Positions 61,572-64,000 of a stretch of 64,000 nt of DNA are shown piece after piece. The stretch lies in contig JBKCEW010000061.1 in NCBI GenBank assembly GCA_046304235.1, forward strand, positions 1,927 through 65,926, read 5' to 3'. This DNA is from Crocinitomicaceae bacterium (lineage in GTDB: Bacteria > Bacteroidota > Bacteroidia > Flavobacteriales_D > Crocinitomicaceae). A program made the translations under genes and the position numbers. The notes under the pieces were generated by a model. The model was given only the letters and a program-made list of their open reading frames with translations, ran no database searches and had not been told where the DNA came from. How positions within the stretch are numbered: the stretch's first letter is position 1; every line of letters starts with the position of its first letter.

Positions 61572-62357
61572 ATGAAATTGAAAATAATTTATATATGTTC
61601 TTTATTTATTTTGATAAGTAATCAATCAATTTCCCAAAATAAATTTTCTCTTTTTGTTGATGATGAAGAAGATGACTCAATTACAAAACGTTATTATGAA
61701 CTTCATGATGGTCATTGGGCTGGTATAGATTTTGGTGTTAATTTAATGTTGGATAAATCTTTCAATAGAAATTTTGATGGGAATACTCAATTTAAAAACA
61801 ATGCTTTAACATCTTATAATTTTCGGTTAAATTTCATTGACCATAAATTTGTAATTAAAGAAGATAAATTCGGAATAACAATTGGTGCTGGATACCATCA
61901 CAGTTCGTTTGATTTTATAAAAAATTACACACTTAAAGAATCTTTTGATAAAATAACTGATGATAAAAAAGTAATTCAATCTTTTGATTCATTGAATTTT
62001 ACTTATAATAAAATAAGAGCATCTTATTTACAAATACCCCTTTTGTTTGAATACACACCCAATAAATTCACTTGGGTATCCCTCGGTGTAATTGCTGGTT
62101 ATCGATTTGGTTCATCAACTAAAAATCTATTTGAATATCAAAAAGTACAGTACATTAGTAAAACCAAAGGAAACTTTAATTTAAATACTTTCCAATGCGA
62201 CGCTACTGCTAGATTTGGCTATAAAAGCTTTGGTGGATATGTAAGTTATGCTTTAATTTCCCTTTTTAATAGCAATGATGTATTTGATAGCAAACACATT
62301 AAAAGTAAGATTCCAAACATAAATCCATTATCTTTTGGTTTAACATTTAACTACTAA
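61572..62357 (+). CDS. Outer-membrane beta-barrel protein (porin/PorT-like family)
   Basis: 261 aa, with a signal peptide, an alternating beta-strand pattern, and the C-terminal LSFGLTFNY. Confidence 0.6.
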   Translation: MKLKIIYICSLFILISNQSISQNKFSLFVDDEEDDSITKRYYELHDGHWAGIDFGVNLMLDKSFNRNFDGNTQFKNNALTSYNFRLNFIDHKFVIKEDKFGITIGAGYHHSSFDFIKNYTLKESFDKITDDKKVIQSFDSLNFTYNKIRASYLQIPLLFEYTPNKFTWVSLGVIAGYRFGSSTKNLFEYQKVQYISKTKGNFNLNTFQCDATARFGYKSFGGYVSYALISLFNSNDVFDSKHIKSKIPNINPLSFGLTFNY

Positions 62358-62360
62358 TGT

Positions 62361-63119
62361 ATGAGTCAACGTCTGTTTACTATTTACTTAGTACTATCAG
62401 TCTTTTTTATTTATGCTTTTGTTTTCAAAAACGAAAAAAAAGAAGATTATTCAATTCCTTCAACAGATAAAAACGATTTAGTAATTTGCCATACAGGCTA
62501 TTGTCTTTCGTACAGTGTTAATTTTAAACTTGCAAAATGGGTAGCTTACGAATTGACTTTGGCAGAAACACAGGGAACTTTTGCTCGAAATGATAAATTC
62601 AAACCAGATCCTTTAATCACCCGAAATAGTGCATCTCTTGCAGATTACAAAAAATCAGGTTATGATCGTGGTCATTTAGCTCCGGCGGCAGATATGAAAT
62701 GGTCAGCTGATGCTATGAGAGAATCTTTTTACCTTTCTAATATGTCACCTCAAGACAAAAGCTTTAATCGTGGAATTTGGAAAAAACTCGAAGAACAAGT
62801 GCGTAATTGGGCGATAGAAAATAAAACCGTTTACATCACTACTGGACCTATCCTCGAAAAAGGACTTCCAACCATTGGCCCTAATCAAATTCCTATTCCA
62901 AAAGCCTTTTATAAAGTTGTACTAGATTACTCACAACCAGATATTAAGGCCATCGGATTTATCATTCCAAACCAAGGAAGTAGTTTACCATTATCTAACT
63001 ATACAATACCTATAGATGATATCGAAAAACGAACTCACATCGATTTCTTTTCAAAACTGCCCGATGAAATTGAAAACAGAATCGAGCAGACCGTTTGTAA
63101 TCAATGTTGGGGATTGTAA
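62361..63119 (+). CDS. DNA/RNA non-specific endonuclease (NUC1/EndoG-like, beta-beta-alpha-Me)
   Basis: 252 aa, with an N-terminal TM/signal segment, the active site DRGHLAP, and SNMSPQ...FNRG.W..LE. Confidence 0.88.
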   Translation: MSQRLFTIYLVLSVFFIYAFVFKNEKKEDYSIPSTDKNDLVICHTGYCLSYSVNFKLAKWVAYELTLAETQGTFARNDKFKPDPLITRNSASLADYKKSGYDRGHLAPAADMKWSADAMRESFYLSNMSPQDKSFNRGIWKKLEEQVRNWAIENKTVYITTGPILEKGLPTIGPNQIPIPKAFYKVVLDYSQPDIKAIGFIIPNQGSSLPLSNYTIPIDDIEKRTHIDFFSKLPDEIENRIEQTVCNQCWGL

Positions 63120-63180
63120 AAAAATTTGCACATTCAAATAAATTAACTAAATTTGTAACAGTTTTAAGAATTAATTGATT

Positions 63181-63210
63181 GAGGGGATGAAAAAATCCCC
63201 TCTTTTTTTT
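63181..63210 (+). terminator. Rho-independent terminator after the endonuclease gene
   Basis: gagggga-tgaaaaaa-tcccctc followed by 8 T. Confidence 0.8.
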
Positions 63211-63214
63211 CGCA

Positions 63215-63691
63215 ATGATTACAAAAGATTTAGTACGCAAGTTAGCACAAGAGCGAATCGATGAGTTAGACAGAGGTTTATTCATCGTGGATATTTCCAT
63301 TTCTAAAAAATCGGTTATTGAGTTAGAAATAGATAAAGTAGAAGGATACGTTGCGATTGAAGATTGCGTTTCTGTTTCACGTAATGTTGAGCATAATTTA
63401 GACAGAGAAGAGCAAGACTTTGAACTTCACGTGTCATCAGCAGGATTAGACAAACCACTTCGTGTACTTCCACAATACCTTAAAAATATTGGAAGAACTG
63501 TTGCATTAACTTTGAAAGATGGTTCTGAAAAAGAAGCTGTTTTGAAGGAAGCAACTGAAGAAGCATTGGTTGTTACTACTACTCGTGTAGAGAAAAAAGA
63601 AGGAACTAAAAAGAAAGAAACCATCATTGAGGATGAAACCATTCCAATGACAGAAATAAAAGAAACAAAAATTGTTATTTCATTTAAATAA
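63215..63691 (+). CDS. rimP: Ribosome maturation factor RimP
   Basis: 158 aa. It sits immediately upstream of nusA, and its RimP-like N- and C-terminal domains (L.V.SAG.D.PL) fit the family. Confidence 0.85.
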   Translation: MITKDLVRKLAQERIDELDRGLFIVDISISKKSVIELEIDKVEGYVAIEDCVSVSRNVEHNLDREEQDFELHVSSAGLDKPLRVLPQYLKNIGRTVALTLKDGSEKEAVLKEATEEALVVTTTRVEKKEGTKKKETIIEDETIPMTEIKETKIVISFK

Positions 63692-63703
63692 AAAAAACAG
63701 GCG

Positions 63704-64000
63704 ATGAATAGCTTAGAGTTAGTGGATTCGTTTTCGGAATTCAAAGAATTAAAAAGTATTGACAAGCAAACAATGCAACATGTTTTGGAAGATGTATTCC
63801 GTGCGATGTTGAAGAAAAAATTCAATACGGACGAACACATTGCGGTGATTGTTAATATAGAGAAAGGTGACGTTCAAATTTTCGTAAACAAAGAAATCGT
63901 TCCAGATGGAGAAGTTGAAGATTCAAACACAGAAATTGCTTACTCTGATGCCATCAAAATCGAACCTGATTTTGAAGTAGGTGAAGAAGTATCAGAAGAA
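63704..64000 (+). CDS. nusA: Transcription termination/antitermination factor NusA, N-terminal 99 aa; the 3' end lies outside the window
   Basis: The ATG at 63704 opens a frame that stays open to the window end: MNSLELVDSFSEFKELKSIDKQTMQHVLEDVFRAMLKKKF. It follows rimP as in the conserved rimP-nusA-infB arrangement. Confidence 0.85.
   Translation, partial: MNSLELVDSFSEFKELKSIDKQTMQHVLEDVFRAMLKKKFNTDEHIAVIVNIEKGDVQIFVNKEIVPDGEVEDSNTEIAYSDAIKIEPDFEVGEEVSEE

Overview
This is a low-GC, densely coding chromosomal segment that looks Bacteroidota/Flavobacteriia-like: TAnnTTTG-type promoter motif, no Shine-Dalgarno sequences, T9SS/gliding genes, atpDC absent from the atp operon. Most genes are housekeeping.

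Gene order:
- 3' end of rlmN, nrdB-nrdA, comF-like, FAD oxidoreductase, rsmI, yebC.
- One 14.4-kb gene for a 4,800-aa hyper-repetitive surface protein with a type-B T9SS C-terminal domain.
- A suf operon: sufA-sufB-[insert]-sufC-sufD-tlyA-sufS-sufE-sufT, then fabF.
- A ~2.5-kb poorly coding islet with a small membrane ORF and a frameshifted DUF1016/YhcG nuclease gene, then a D-TA-family PLP enzyme.
- atpZ-X-atpBEFHAG, a polyprenyl synthase, a MORN lipoprotein, dnaG, an MscS-like channel, PAP2, gpsA, acs.
- A RelE/ParE-type TA pair, gldH/PSP1, DUF2279, an M28 peptidase, an acidic orphan, a Walker-degenerate DUF4143 protein, traB/gumN.
- polA, cysS, an OMP, a NUC1-type nuclease, rimP and the start of nusA.

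I saw no rRNA, tRNA, CRISPR, transposase or integrase.

Most notable non-standard signals:
1. A four-helix-bundle (23S-rRNA-IVS / Avd-like) gene sits between sufB and sufC. It is bracketed by inverted arrays of one heptamer (AGATTAC family). A solo array of the same heptamer lies at 45.8 kb.
2. A dispersed hairpin element has a conserved 13-nt loop, TTCGA[CG]AA[GC]CTCA, with different but complementary stems. It occurs in seven copies at three loci.
3. Inside the giant gene there is a 12-unit, 267-nt tandem array whose 10 core units are near-identical mosaics.

All calls come from reading the ORF translations and the sequence by eye. No searches were run.
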